A DNA stretch of 64,000 nucleotides, taken from positions 15,748,001 to 15,812,000 of the forward strand of contig NC_092672.1 in assembly GCF_964355755.1 (NCBI RefSeq), read 5' to 3'. A program made the position numbers and the translations under genes. Under the pieces are notes generated by a model, which was not told the origin of the DNA, searched no databases, and saw nothing but the letters and a program-made list of their open reading frames with translations. This DNA is from Antedon mediterranea (Eukaryota; Animalia; Echinodermata). Shown in pieces: positions 49,381-63,806 of this stretch (positions within the stretch are counted from its first letter, which is position 1; every line of letters begins with the position of its first letter).

Positions 49381-49704
49381 ATGACGGTCTCAGAAGACGA
49401 CGATTATTTGTTATGCCTTCTGCTATTTAAAAAAAGGTGTCAACTGAAAAAAAGAGATCCAAATTTATGGGTTCACCTCATAAATCAATCAAGAGAGTCC
49501 TTTGGTGAATTCCATACGCTTTTTCCAGAACTTATTTGTTATGAAGACAAATTTTATAGTTATTTCCCAGTATCTCCACAAGGCTTTTATGGAATCCTAG
49601 AACTAATCAAAGTCGATATAGCAAAAGAAATTACCCAATTTAGACCAAGTATTTCTATCGAACAAAGGCTGGCAGTATGCTATGTACAGTATGCTACAGT
49701 CTAG
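49381..49704 (+). pseudogene. PIF/Harbinger transposase N-terminal fragment
   Basis: LWVHLINQSRESFGEFHTLFPEL..EDKFYSYF..S...F..IL..I...I.K..T.FR.SIS.EQRLAV is typical of Harbinger transposases. Confidence 0.7.
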
Positions 49705-50959
49705 TAATCTATAATTATAATTATAATAACTATTATTCCATTTTTGTCTTTTACAACGACAAAATTTAGCGTTACCTATCAAAAAATTGGAGATTTTTTT
49801 TATGACAATCTATATCGGGCTACCAAACAGCATTTTTGCCGTCAGAGGAAGTCCCCAACGAATGTACTTCCGGTAGGCTAATAAATTCTGGCAATTATAT
49901 CAATAAATACAAATTAATTACTATTATCAATTAATAATTAATTAATTGAAAAGTTAGACAAAAAATATGAAGCTGCTGCTATAGGCCTAAATATATTGAA
50001 CAAAACGTTTTAACGTTTTGTTCAATATATTTTTATCAAAATAATACAATTTAAAAATTGTATTATTTTGATCAAATAAGTCAGTAAACCACAATTTCCA
50101 AAATTCATTTTCATTTATCCACTATAAACTGTACAACAGTCAGGGCCGTAGCCAGGATCTGGGGGTGGGGCCTGATGCGAAGCGAATTTTGTTAAATGAC
50201 ACCCCTAGATGGCCGGAAAAGACACTCTCGTGCAGCATGATACCAATGAGCAAAAAGATCGTACTTTTTTCCTCCTTCTCAAACACGTCGATAATTTAAA
50301 GGACGATAACTATTTGTTGCCGTATGTTAGATGCGCATGCTCTGTGCGGAACCGCCGATTGTTTGATCATTTACTCCGTATTTTGTTTTGCGTTCAAGTT
50401 CAATACGAACGTACATCTAGGAGCAGCCCCGAAAAAAGCACACTGGTTGAAGGCAAATGCTATTTGCTAGCTCTATCTATAATATTTATTTACAGCAATT
50501 TGTTGAGGAATATAAATATGTAAATAGGTGATATTGATACATTTTAGTACGTATTGGCTGGTGGTCTAGAAAAAAATAATCGGATGCCATAATGTGAACT
50601 ACAGTACTTGATACCATAGATATTATAGTGTAAAATATTAATATTCACTATAATCCTCTATGATACATTATACTTCATAGTCACACATAAATACTATATA
50701 CTTTATGCATGCTGCCTGACTGCCAGTGATCTAAACAATTATAGGTACGCAGTTGTCTGGCGGTGCCCTTTGTACGAATCGTTCGTGCCCCAGTTCGCCA
50801 TGAGACACGTCGATATCATGTTACGGTGCAACAAATGCAAATTAATGAACCATTCGCTATTGTATGCAAACGGAAACCCAAGCTATGGTTTTGAAACACA
50901 AGATTCAGATGATAGTACACTGAGTGTAACTGAAGACAAAATTTACAATGTTTCAACAG

Positions 50960-53205
50960 GACCAAAATATAAGCAGAAATGACCATGAATGATGGAAGTA
51001 AAATACGATTCCAAGTGGACAGCGGAGCTACTGTAAAAGTGATACCAGTAAAATATGTTGAACTAGGTAAAAAAAAAAATTGGAACAATCACACACAAAG
51101 TTAACAATGTATAACAAGAGCAAAGTCATCCCATTAGGAAAATGTGTGTTAACGCTAAAAAATGACACCACAAACAAGTCATATACAGTTGACTTTCAAA
51201 CTGTCAAACAAGATTTACAACCACTATTAAGCAGAGAGACAGCAGAGAAATGAAACTGATCACGGTAAACTACAGTAACTTCAAGCAATTAAATAGTGTC
51301 ACACAGACAACATCCAAGATCCTTGAAGACTACAAAACAGTTTTTAATGGTAAATTCTACCAGGAAATTTTTTTATAAAGATTGCAGAGCACTCAAAAGG
51401 AACGCAATGTCCAGCTCGAAGAGTGAGTACCGATATCTGTGAAGCCCAAGTTAAAAGAGGAACTAGACAAACTACTAACAGAAGGTGTTATAACGCCGGT
51501 ATCTGAACCAACCGACTGGTGTTCACAGATATCTATACAAACCAAAAAGAATGGTAAACTAAGAATATGCGTAGATCCGAGACCGCTAAATGAAGTTTTG
51601 CAGCGTGAGAAATATCCACTACCAACCATGGAGGATCCTACCAGAACTAGCCAATGCAAAGGTATTTAGCAAGGTTGATCTGTCACATGGATATTGGCAC
51701 TGTGAATTGGACGAAAACAGCAGCCGTCTGACTATTCATCTGTCTGTTTGGAAGATTTCGCTGGAATAGATTACCCTTTGGTTTGAAAGTGAGCTCAGAA
51801 ATTTTCCAAAGGAAGTTAAATGAATCATTGACAGGATTAGAAGGAGTAGCATGCGTAGCAGATGACATATACTTGTCTATGGTAATTCGAAAATCAATAA
51901 AGGAACGTCTGCATGCTTCCTACCTTGGAGGAGATAGTATGCCAAGAAGAGCAAGGGAATGTATTTTTGGCCCGGAATGTCATATGAAAAAAAACAAATG
52001 ACACAAATGTGCGATGCTTGTCAAAAGTATCAAAAGGCACAGACAAAGGAAAAGAGCAAAGACTATATTGATAAAGTGCAAGAAAAGCAAAACTGACCCA
52101 TATATGGCATTACTTGACTTGATGTTCGAAACATACCTACTCAAGGAACAGGAACTAGTCCTACACAGAGACTTTTCAACAGACGCACAAGATCAATGTT
52201 ACCAATGACTGACACATTACTAACACCCAGAGGAAAAGAGTATCTACAGTTGGACAAGCTACAGATAAAAGCCAACAAGGAGAAACAAGTATCTAAATAC
52301 AATAAACATGCACATGACCTACCAGAACTGGTTGAAGGTGATACGGTAAGACTAAAACCACACCGATTAGGTAAAAAGGAGTGGCAAAAAGGAGTAGTTG
52401 TAAAAAGCCTAGATGAAAGATCAAATGAGATAGACACACCAACAGGACCTACAGAAGAAACAGAGTTCATATTAAGAAAACACCTGAATCACCCCTGATA
52501 CAACTCAACTCTACCCACCAATGGAAAGAGCAGATGATAATCCAACAATACCAACTACCGTACTGAACAGCAGGAGGTCACAACGCAACCAATACCAACA
52601 ACCAAACAAACTACACCACACAGACAATGGCGGAACCAACTCAACCACGCAGATCAATCAGAATAAAAAGACAACCTAACTATCTAAAAGATTATGTAAT
52701 GCATAATTACAAAAACAATCTTAGTTGCTATAACTAATTAATCAATAAAAGCAGTTTTAATAATTCAATAACTAGACAGGAACTATGTTATAAACCATTT
52801 TTTTTTAAATTTTTGCAGTTAAACATTATGTTAAAGAAGTTAAAGTTAAAAAAAAAAAGTTATCGATAGTTGTGTTAAAGTTACTCATGATAATATTTAT
52901 AATAATTCACTCACAAGAGATATGAATTCTAAACACTAATACTAATTGGTATACTATATTTTATTATATTCATCGCACTAAATAACAAATCTGGTACTGT
53001 TTAATCAAGTTGAGAAGTATAAAAAAAAATCATAAAAGCACATAACTAAAAAAAAACTTTAAAAAAGAAAGGATGTCACAATATCGTGCCCCCGACTGAG
53101 GGTGCTATGTCTTTTACTGAATAAATATAGCTACCACATAGAGTAACACAAGTTATTTAGTCCATATCTTTTATTGTTATTCTACCCTTCACGAGACGTG
53201 AAACA
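50960..53205 (+). mobile_element. Degenerate Gypsy LTR retrotransposon with a probable 3' LTR at 53074-53205
   Basis: FQVDSGATV protease; KNGKLRICVDPRPLN, RLPFGL, VADDI RT; integrase remnants; purine tract AAAAAAGAAAGGA followed by TGTCAC...GAAACA. Confidence 0.8.
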
Positions 53206-53640
53206 GTAGCGTACTGTAGGATACTGCTATAGGATACACATTCAGTAATATATATTAACCAGCAGTAACTCATACTACTATAGGATACACATTCAGTAAT
53301 ATATATTAACCAGCAGTAACCCGTGCTCCACACAGTCTTTTTCTGCCTTGATATGTGGTTATATACTTTGCATGGGAAAGTGCATTCTGATAAAAGTACT
53401 TTGAAAATTATTAAAATAAAAACAAATTGTATCAGGAATAAAATTCAGAACTACTGTATTTACGGCCATTGATATGGAACTTTAGACTTTACTTTGACTG
53501 TTCAAACGTCTTTATGAAAATAAATAACGCTAAAGAAAATTGTGTAGCAGATGAGAATGATGATTGAATAAATCGTAGACAGACGTTGAAAACAATCGTA
53601 GTATCATTTATTATCGATCAGTATGACTACAAATCCTACA

Positions 53641-53654
53641 GGTTATGGGCCCAG
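53641..53654 (+). promoter_or_regulatory. Copia primer-binding site for the 5' half of initiator tRNA-Met
   Basis: GGTTATGGGCCCAG immediately after the LTR end CCTACA, as in Drosophila copia. Confidence 0.85.
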
Positions 53655-54934
53655 TAGGTTCCAAAGGCTGCTGTTCAGTGGAGATCCAGACGAATATGAA
53701 ATCTGGGAAACGAAATTCCTAGCCTACCTAGTGACCAAGAAACTCGAAAAGTACATAACATCGGACGCCCCAACAGGCGCGGCGGAATACGCTGAGAAGA
53801 ACCGAGAGGCATACACTGAACTAGTGCAATGCCTAGACGACAAAAGCTTAGGTCTTATAATGAGAGAAGGTAACGGTGACGGTAAGAAAGCCATTACAAT
53901 ACTCCAATAACATTACCAAGCAAACACCAAACCACGAATTGTATCGTTGTATATGAAATTAATTAATATCCAAATGGAGAAGGGGGAAAGTGTAACTAGA
54001 TACATCATAAGAGCGGAAAAATTAATGGGAGCACTCGAAAGAGCGAAGGAAGCACCAGGCGAAAAACTCTTAATCTCTATACTCCTAAAGGGATTACCGA
54101 CCCAGAAATTTAAACCGTTTTCGATCCATATTACACAATCTAACGACGATATTTCCCTGAGAAAATTCAAAGCTGCATTAAGAGGATTTGAGGAAACCGA
54201 GTGTTTGATGAACCAGACGACACGGGCCTAGGCCTAGAGAAAGCTGAGGACAGAGTCCTGAAAATAACAAACCTATCATGTTATGGTTGCGGCTCTACCA
54301 AACACTTAGATATGTGATAAGCGATGCAAATACCATAAAGGAGCAAAACACCTCGAAGATTAATGCTACAGGCATTCAAAAGACAAAGTTAAAACAAACC
54401 ACACTTACAATTTTTGCGTTAGTGAGGAGAGCAAGAAAGATGCCATCATTGTGGACACAGGAGCCACCTTGCACGCAATCAACAAGGACACGTTCATAAA
54501 AATTGACCCAAATTTTAAACCGACTCATCACTGCATCGAACTGGCCGACGGAACCAAAATGAAGGGAAGCGCTATAAAGAGAGGAGACGCAGAAATAAAC
54601 ATCATCAACAACAAAGGCGAAAATGTGAGGGCAACACTCTCCAACGTCCTCTATTGTCCAACCTACCCACAGAGCATCTTTAGCGTGAAACGGGCCACAG
54701 AAAACGGGGCAGAACTAACATTTAAAGAGGGAGGTAGTTGGATGAAGAAAGGCAGCTCAACATTTGACCTTGAAGTCGCAGATGGCCTTTATCATCTGAA
54801 AGTAGGTGAAAACACAGACAAAATGAACTTCTCTATTGACCATTGGCACAAAGTATTGGGACACTGCAACAAAAAGGACATACTTAACCTTGAAAATGTT
54901 GTAGATGGAATGAAAATTGATAAACTACCAAATA

Positions 54935-55080
54935 ATCTTTGTTTAGGCATGTCTGTCACAAGCTTTTTGCTTTTTTGATCATGCCTTCTTCAATCATATT
55001 ACCTTTCTTTACACCATTTTGTTGACTGTTTTATTTTGAAGAAAATAAATGTTACTTTGAATTGAATTGAATTGAATGAA
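54935..55080 (+). mobile_element. Short LINE 3' UTR insertion inside the Copia integrase region
   Basis: Non-coding interruption ending AATAAA...(TTGAA)n; Copia frame resumes at ESTCDVCIKGK. Confidence 0.6.
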
Positions 55081-57998
55081 TCTACATGTGATGTATGCAT
55101 TAAAGGCAAATTTACAAACTCCCGAAACAGGGAAGCCGACAAAAAGGCAAATTACCCATTAGAATTAATCCACACAGACCTAGCCGGACCAATAGATCCG
55201 ATTGGGAAGGATGGGTTTAAATATTCTATAACATTTGTTGACGACTATTCAGGTATAACATCTGTTTATCTTCTCAGGTACAAGAGTGACGCCAAGATAG
55301 CTTTAACCCAATTTCTACTGATTGTTCCCCGATTGGTAAAGTCCAGCGACTAAGATGTGATAATGGTGGCGAGTTCACCAGCCATGATTTCACTACAATT
55401 TTAAGAAACCAAGGTATTAAACAAGAATTCTCATCGCCTGAATCCCCCGACCAAAATGGGACGGCTGAAAGATCATGGCGCACATTATTTGAAATGGCCC
55501 GATGCCTCATAATAGAGGCTCATCTCCCTAAAGACCTATGGACGTACGCCATAAAAACAGCGGCTTACATCAGAAATAGATGCTTTAACAATAGGCTAAA
55601 GAAAACCCCTTTCGAGGCTTTCACAGGGACCAAACCAAATTTAGCCAAAATGAACATATTCAGCTCCCTATGTTATGCATACTGTATATCCATGTAACAA
55701 AGAAATTAGATTCAAAATGTAAACAAGGAATTTTCGTCGGATATGACACCATAAGCCCAGCATACCTAGTGTATTACCCAAATGAAGACAAAATCCAAAG
55801 GGACTCATTAAAATGGCACCAAAATCCCAAAATAATCAAGAAACTCAAACATCAGATGATCATGAAACCGAAAATGAAATTCCTAACATAAATAAAACTG
55901 GGACACAAAACCCTACCCAAAACAATTGAAGAAAATGTAGTAATTGAAAACCACACATCAGATCAGAGTCCGACTGAATCTGAGAATACCCAACAAAATG
56001 ACCAGACCAAAAGATACCCACAAAGAAAAAGGGAACCACCCAGCTACTTACAGAACTATGAAACCAATTTCGAGGGTGAGGACTATGTATTCAATGTTAA
56101 AGAAACCTTTGGTAAAATCCCAACCACATACACAGAAGCCAAAACATCAGAGCACTCAGATAACTGGAGGGTGGCCATGGAAAATGAAATGAAAGCTTTA
56201 GAAGAAAATAAAACCTTTAAGTTGGTGAAATTACCTAGGGAAAGAATGTAGTGGGCGGAAGATGGGTGTTTAATATTAAAGCAGCAGCCCAAGGCAATAA
56301 GTCCTACAAAGCCAGATTTGTTGCAAAAGGTGACAACCAAATAGAGGGGGTGGATATTTTGAAACATTTTCCCCCACTGCGAACATGACTTCTGTACGCA
56401 TGCTCATGCAAATTGCAGTACAGAAAGAACTTATCGTCCATCAAATGGACGTCAGTTCCGCCTACCTAAATGCTAACATAGATACAGAAATTTTCATAAG
56501 ACAACCTGAAGGGTATGTGGTAAAATCAGAGGATGGCGATGAACTTCTTTGGAGGTTGGAAAAATTACTCTATGGGCTGAAACAATCAGGCAGGAATTGG
56601 AACAAGCTTCTCCATGATCATTTGGTCAACGAAGGTTTCGAAAGAAACACTGCAGACCACTGTTTGTATTTTAAATGTATTAAGGATAAGATTACCTATG
56701 TTTTAGTTTGGTTGGGTAGATGACCTCCTAATTGTAGCCTCAAACGCAGAGGTCATGAATCACTTCAAAGACTCTATGAAACATCAATTTAAAATGAAGG
56801 ATTTAAATGAAGTATCCTACTTTCTTGGCATAGACTTTGTACTGGAAAAGAGTGAGATATCAATGAACCAAAATAGATATATCATGAAAATATTAGATAA
56901 GTTTTCTATGTCAGATTGCAAACTCAGAACCACCCCATGTGAAATCAAAACTGATACTTACAATCAAACTGATAAAGTTGATCCAAATAAGTACAGAGAA
57001 ATCATTGGTAGTCTGATATACCTAGCCACATGTACCAGACCAGACATTGCATGGGTGGTGGGAAAGTTATCCCAGAACCTAGCTGACCCCAAGTTAGAAG
57101 ACCTTATTACTGCCAAGCATGTGCTTAGATATCTAAAGGGAACTGCTAATTACAGACTAACTTTATAGAAAGGCTAATTCTGACAAATTCAGATTATTTG
57201 GCTACAGTGACTCTGATTGGGCAAATTCAAATGACCGAAGAAGTACCACAGGGTACTGCTTCTATATGAGTGAGGGTAGCGCCCCAATTTCATGGAGAAC
57301 CAAACGACAGCCCACTGTTGCCCTTTCGACATGTGAAGCTGAGTATATGGCCCTAGGAGCCACTACACAGGAAGCCCTGTACCTCCTAGAATTGTTAAAG
57401 GGTTTTATGATTAATGAAGTATCAAAGGTCCTCATAATGGGAGATAACCAGGGAGCGATTGCTCTATGCAGGGACCCGGTGTTTCGACAGCGATCAAAAC
57501 ATATCGATATAAAGTACCATTGGCATAAGACAAATATTACAAGAAGGGAAAATTGATCTCCAATACTGTCGAACCGAGGAGATGGTTGCTGACGCACTCA
57601 CTAAACCCCTTAGTAAGGCAAAACTCCAGACATTCATAAAGTTTTTGTTTGGAAACTGGTAAAGTGAAAATTTTAAAATATGATTGAATCCCACAGCATG
57701 TAGCTGTGTGTGTTTGTTTTTTTTTTCTCATCTAAACATGTTTGTTCTTATTATGAGGTGAAGGGGGAGTGTTGTTGTCACCTCATATTTGTGTTATACG
57801 TCATAATTTTTACCCATAATTCCTTGCTCTTGTTAGAGCATGTTGTTTCTGCTGTGTGTAGCAGATGAGAATGATGATTGAATGAATCGTAGACAGACAT
57901 TGATTTATTATCGGTCAGTATGACTACCAATCCTACATAATTAACTTCAATGTTAGTTAGCTAGTTACTTCATTCTTGCAATTATGCTGTTTAAAATA

Positions 57999-58520
57999 CA
58001 GTAGAACCTCCATTTTACGTACGGTACGGGACCGAAAGGCGTACGTAAAACAAAGGATTCGTAAAATCAAGGTTGACCTTAAATTGACCCCAAATACGTA
58101 GAGATCGTAGCTCCCTATAAAGGGCGGCTACCCTGTTTGTCTACTTTACTGAACAGCATGCAGGTTGTCACTAGCTAGGCCTTGCCTAGACTATTCAGGC
58201 TAGGCTAGCAGGCCTAGCAAGATGTGAGGCCTAACTAGAAAAGTACAGTACTGTATATACAGGCTGTGAGATGTTTAAATAAAGGGTAAAATATCAATGT
58301 TCTTGTATTTTCAATCAATAAAAACAGTCGCTGCTTAAATGCACGTGCGTAGCTTGTCTCAAACACACAGCAGAATTCCTCACACACACACACAGCCACA
58401 GCTTTGTTGTTGTTAAATTGCGCCCTCAATGTACGAAAATGATGATGTCATCGGTTATTTTAAGCGTACGTAAAATCAAGGGAACGTAAAATCAGGGTAC
58501 GTAAAACACAGGTTCTACTG
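57999..58520. mobile_element. Tc1/mariner (pogo/Tigger-like) MITE, TA TSD
   Basis: TA-CAGTAGAACCT...TTTTACGTAC and GTACGTAAAA...AGGTTCTACTG-TA. Confidence 0.85.
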
Positions 58521-60701
58521 TACATGGCAACAGTCATTGTGCTTGATGTATAAAATTTATAGACACAGTGTTGTGCTATACTCCTGAATGTCATTTTTGT
58601 TTATGATCACTTTGAGTTTCCATACTTTCATTTAATTTAGACCGTCAACAATTTTATGTTTACAATTGTAACATTTTCACGCTGCTGCTCTAGCCCGCTA
58701 CGTCCCATTAGGACTACTCAATCAGAAGCTAAAGCAAGCAGCAGTTATAGTTCTAAGGACAGACAGTTTTGTGAAAATGGAAACTCCACTATAATTTATT
58801 GATTCCAGCTGCTACAGTAGACCCAAAAAACGTCTGGGAAAGAGTCTATTAGGACATGTCATGCTAAAATTACAAATCCCTAAGCATTTCTGGTATATTC
58901 ACTGTCAGATATTCATTGAATTATTATCGAAACAGTCCATTAAAGTTTGTGTTTGTAATAGGATACTTCACAATTGAAATATCTAGGGTGATGAAGTGAT
59001 CCCCAGATTTGACCTTAGCAATAAAATTAACTAAAGTGACAGAAATTGAGTATTCACTTCTGTAACAAAAAAATAATATTTATTCACATATAAAAAAAGA
59101 AAAGAAACCCAAAAACCATTGTCTGACAGACAATTTAAGTATTTGTTGCTTTAAATTACATTTTTTTCAGGTAAAATAACTATTATGTGACAATAAAATG
59201 ATACATTCAAAAACATTTAAAATAAAAAATATTTGTCAATAAGCGAGCAGCGTTTTTTGTAAGAAATATTTCTTGTTTATAAAGTATTTAATGAATTCAA
59301 GTTGAATGGGAATTATCCTGGTAATTATAAACATTTATGCCTAATTGACCCCTTCCTCAAGCTGCAGGCCAGCATTCAGCCATTACTGGCGCGTACTATC
59401 CTGGGGTTTGATGGATCTAATGCATAGCAACGGACTAGCTAGGCCTAGGTGGGACATATAAATAAAGTACTATTTTAACTTAATTTACATTTGAGGCATG
59501 TTTATATATACAATAAATTTATAAATACAGCAATAACAATACTATAGTAAAAGAAAAACTATACAAACTCTTACCATTCAACTTCCACAAAAAAATATGT
59601 GAGGAAACTTTCAGCCAATCAGGAAGCAGGAAGTTTGTATAGGGGCTCTGAGTGGCCACTACTGTCATAAAAACAATGGCTTTGCATTTACAGTGCTATA
59701 CAGTATTGCATTTAATATTAGCCCTATTGGAAAGAAAGATGGCTGCAATACATAACATGATATTTGTTTTTTTTATTATTTTGAATTTTGGCCGCCATCT
59801 TTACAATGAGTGACCGATGCCATGTAATATGTCTAAAATATGATTCAATTAATACCATGATTACCATTATTATGTTTTTCTGTTTCATTTGTATATACTT
59901 CTGCAACCAAATACATATGATTTTCAAATTTACTGGTAGCCATTTTGGATTTGGTCGCCATTTTGAAACATAAAATGCGGCCAGGGGGGCTCCTAGGCAA
60001 AAATCAATTGCTAGGTCCCAATTTTCAAATTGAAAGTCGCCACCAACAGCCAAATATCTAACAGATAGAGGGCAGCAAATATTAGTTGGTTTGTCTTGTG
60101 TTGTGTAGTATTTTGCATCGTTATTATTATTATTCCAAAGATAGGGTAGTGGGAAGATGTCACTTCGCTTAAAAATTAGAGAACCGCTCGAGTTAGGGTG
60201 CCTCTCACGACGAGTAGGGATAGACGACAATGCAAAGTGCAACAACAATTTTTTTGTTTTTAATATACAAACATAAAAATTATTGTCATGTTTTCATACT
60301 GTTTTTTAATCATTTTAATTGTCAAAACATGACTTTAAATAATACTGATAGTATTTAAAGGGTAACGTAGGCCTCCCCACGAATATTTTTTCCTTGATAT
60401 ACCTTACCAATCTCATAGGCTTATATTAATTAATATTATCAATAATATTGTCACATTACATAATTATGGCATGGAAGCCTCTATTATTTCATATAAATTA
60501 CGGTGAATGCACGACACTTTAGAGCCTTTCACACATAATAAGGTTATTCAATAACAGGTTTATAAAATCATAGATAATAACAATAATTGGTTTTTTTTTT
60601 TCAATTAAAAAACATAATTTTCGTAGTCCTAAGTTATGTTACTGGTATTCATTGTATTTTATCCTCTTATAGACAGTTTCCCTTGTACTTGTATAATATT
60701 A

Positions 60702-63700
60702 TTAGTTATCCGCATTCAGCGGATAACTCCTTGTAACTGTCCTGTTTCATCATCTTTTTTTTGGTTATCCGCAACTCCGCAACTTAGTAGTTGCGGATAA
60801 CCCTTGTTATTGTCACGATCTTTTTTATCTTCTTTGTTATTCTTCTTTCTTTCCCAGAATTTTGTGTCACACATATCTGTCATTCTTGTAAATATAACAT
60901 TTCATAACTTAGTCAACATATGGACATTTACATGAAGTTGTGCACCTCCATATTTTTAATGACGTTAGAGTCGCGCAGCGTAAGTTACGCGCGAATTTAT
61001 GAATTTCAATGATTGATCATAGATTATAAACCAAAAGTCATTTTGTATTGACACTTGGTGAACATTTAAGTCATATCAAGGGCAAACTTTCTATGGATTA
61101 AAAATGGCATGTTTCACAAGAAGTTACGCGCGCACGCGCATTTAAAATTTTAAAATGCGCAAAATTAATTTCTAATCAACTGATCATGACATTTTGAGCA
61201 TGTAAAAAATTACCGCTCGCGCACGTAGCGTTAAAAAACAGATTTTTTTGCATGATTTATGTTTTTTCAGCCTTTTTCTAGTACTTTTACCAACTTTTAA
61301 ACAATTTCGACTTAAAATCACGTCATACAAGCATGTGGATTTAGACCATTTGAACGCGTTTCTGTTGAAAAAGTTAGAAAATATTGTCAAAATAATGCCT
61401 ATTTTGAATCTATTATAGCTCTTCATGATCGAAGGTGACTCCCAATTTTTTTAACTTATTATGCAAGAAGATAAATTGTAGATATGAACTTATGCAGAAT
61501 TTTTACCTCTCGGATGTTATGACGTCATCGTATGGCCACACGAATGTAACAAATAGGATTTTTGTCTATTTCGTTATTGCTCATCATATTCAACAAAGCG
61601 CATCTCGCTCATACGAATTCCATTTCCCCCGAGATTTTATTATTGTCTACGTCAATCAACTATCTTTCGCATGAGTTAAAAATATTTTAATTGTTATGAC
61701 ATCATCATGTCTAAAAATGTAAATAACGTGGGTCACTTATTTTCATCTTTACAGTAAATTTTATTCTGTTATAGCTCGTCTGAATAAAAAGTGATAATCA
61801 TGATTAAAACGTTTTCTGGAAGCTATTGGATTGCAGATACGAAATCATGTGAACATTTTGCCAATCAGATGTTGTGACGTCATCATATGGCCAATTGAAT
61901 AAAAAAAGTCGTATTTTCACCTCTTGCGTAAAAGTTCATTGCGTTCTCACTTTTACGTGCCCAAAATTCTTCAAATTTGTATTAATGTAATTAATTAGAT
62001 AATTATCTTCTAAAATTGTTATTTTTGTATGTCAATTTGATGATGTCATCGTGTTAATAATTGGATTTAAAAGATGGGTCTCGTAATTCCGTCTATGCTA
62101 CACTGTATATAACATATACAGCGTATTCTGTAAATATTGTAATATGATGTATGCTACAAAATAGGTACAATTCAGCACTGTAAACATATTTATTGAATGT
62201 CAAAGGATGGCATAATAATTGTCGAGGTTCATATAGTTTAAAGTATGTGCATGTTGCGTATGCGCGGATAACCCGAACTCGTCAAAGTGACGAGTTCAAA
62301 TCTAGTTTTTCTGTATTCTTCTTTCTTTCTGTCATTTTTGTGTCATGCGTATCTCAAAAACGTGTAAACATAACATTTTATAACTTTGTCAACATGTGGG
62401 CACCCACATGAAGTTGTGCACCTGCTATTGTGAATGACGTCAGAAATGCGCAACGTAACTTACGCGCGTTTTTATGAATTTCGCGTTTTTAACATATATC
62501 GAAAACCATATAACAACGTAAATTGAAACTTAACAAAAGTTGAATTTATATCTTGCGCTAGCTGACTGTGAACAAAAAATGGCATGTTTCACACGAAGTT
62601 ACGCGCGCACGCGCGTTTAAAATTTAAAAATGCGAAAAATCAATTTCTAATCAACTTTCTACGCGTTTCATGTCATTTTGAGCATGTAAAAAATTCCCAC
62701 GCGCGTGCATTTTTTTACTCGCATGGTGCAAAAACTATTTTTTTTGCGTGATTTATGTTTTTTCAGCCTTTTCTAATAATTTTACCAACTTTTAAACAAT
62801 TTCGACTTAAAATTACGTCATACGGGCACGTTGAATTGGATAATTTACGTGCGTTTTGGATGAAAAAGTAAAAAAATTTGTCAAAATTATGCCTTTTTTA
62901 AACAGTCATAGATTCTAAACAACGAGGTGAACTTTTTTTTAATTACATATTCTGGAAGTTGATGAGTTGTAGATATCGGATCATGAATCAATGTAGCTAA
63001 CCGGACATTGTGACGTCATCGTATGGCCACACGAATGTAAAATATAGGATTTTTGTCTATTTCGTTATTGCTCATCATATTCAATGGAGCGCATCACGCC
63101 TATCTGTATTCCTTTTTCTCCGAGATTTTAATATTATCTAGGTCAATCAACTATCTTACGCATGAGATAAAAATATTTAAATTTTTATGACGTCATCATG
63201 CCTAAAAATTATAATTAACAGGGTCATTAATTTCATCTGTACAGTAAATTTTAATGTGTTATAGCTCGTAAGAATAAAAAGTGATAATCACGATTAAAAC
63301 GTTTTCTGGAAGCTATTGGACTGTAGATACGAATTAATGTGAACATTTTGTCAATCGGATGTTGTGACGTCATCATATGGCCAGTTGAATAAAAAAAGTC
63401 GTATTTTCATATTTTGCGTAATAGTTCATCACATTTAAAAGGGTGCGCATCTATATTTCACGTATTCAAATTTCTTCTACACGTTAATATGTTGTTTCTG
63501 AGATAATTTCCTTCTGAAATTGCTATCTAAGTGTTTAATTTTGATACCGTCGCCATGTTAAAAATTGGAATAAATGGCGGGTCCCGTAATTTCACCTATT
63601 CTACACTGTATGTAATATGTATACAGATTATACTGTTTGCATGTATATACAATATGACACAAAATTGAAAGAATTCAGCACTAACAGCATATCGTATTCT

Positions 63701-63806
63701 TCAGTTCTTGTCATAATGCCATAATCTTTATCTGTGTGACGTGCACGTGGCGTTTGTCGTGGTGCGGATAACTAATTTGTCAAAGTGACAAGTTTCATGT
63801 CTAGTT
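60702..63806 (+). mobile_element. Helentron-like non-autonomous element (outer copy)
   Basis: 5' AGTTATCCGC-attca-GCGGATAACT; 3' GCGGATAACT, hairpin TTGTCA-aag-TGACAA, then CTAG at 63801-63804. Confidence 0.75.
60761..62306 (+). mobile_element. Helentron-like non-autonomous element (inner copy, nested in a T tract of the outer copy)
   Basis: 5' GGTTATCCGC...GCGGATAACC; 3' GCGGATAACC, hairpin GAACTCGTCA-aag-TGACGAGTTC (62275-62297), then CTAG and T run; no TSD. Confidence 0.78.

Larger units (their letters stand above)
53541..57937 (+). mobile_element. Degenerate Copia LTR retrotransposon (5' LTR truncated; 3' LTR 57770-57937)
   Basis: gag (YEIWETKFLAYL), PR (IVDTGATLH), IN (IHTDLAGP, CDNGGEF, QNGTAER), RT (HQMDVSSAYLNA, LYGLKQSGRNW), RH ([26 protein letters not shown]); PPT GAAGGGGGAG. 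Confidence 0.92.

Noticed and set aside
59724-60248. 174-aa minus-strand ORF
   Set aside because: Non-ATG start, overlaps repeat-like AAAATGGCGGCC-type motifs and low-complexity sequence, and has no domain signal.
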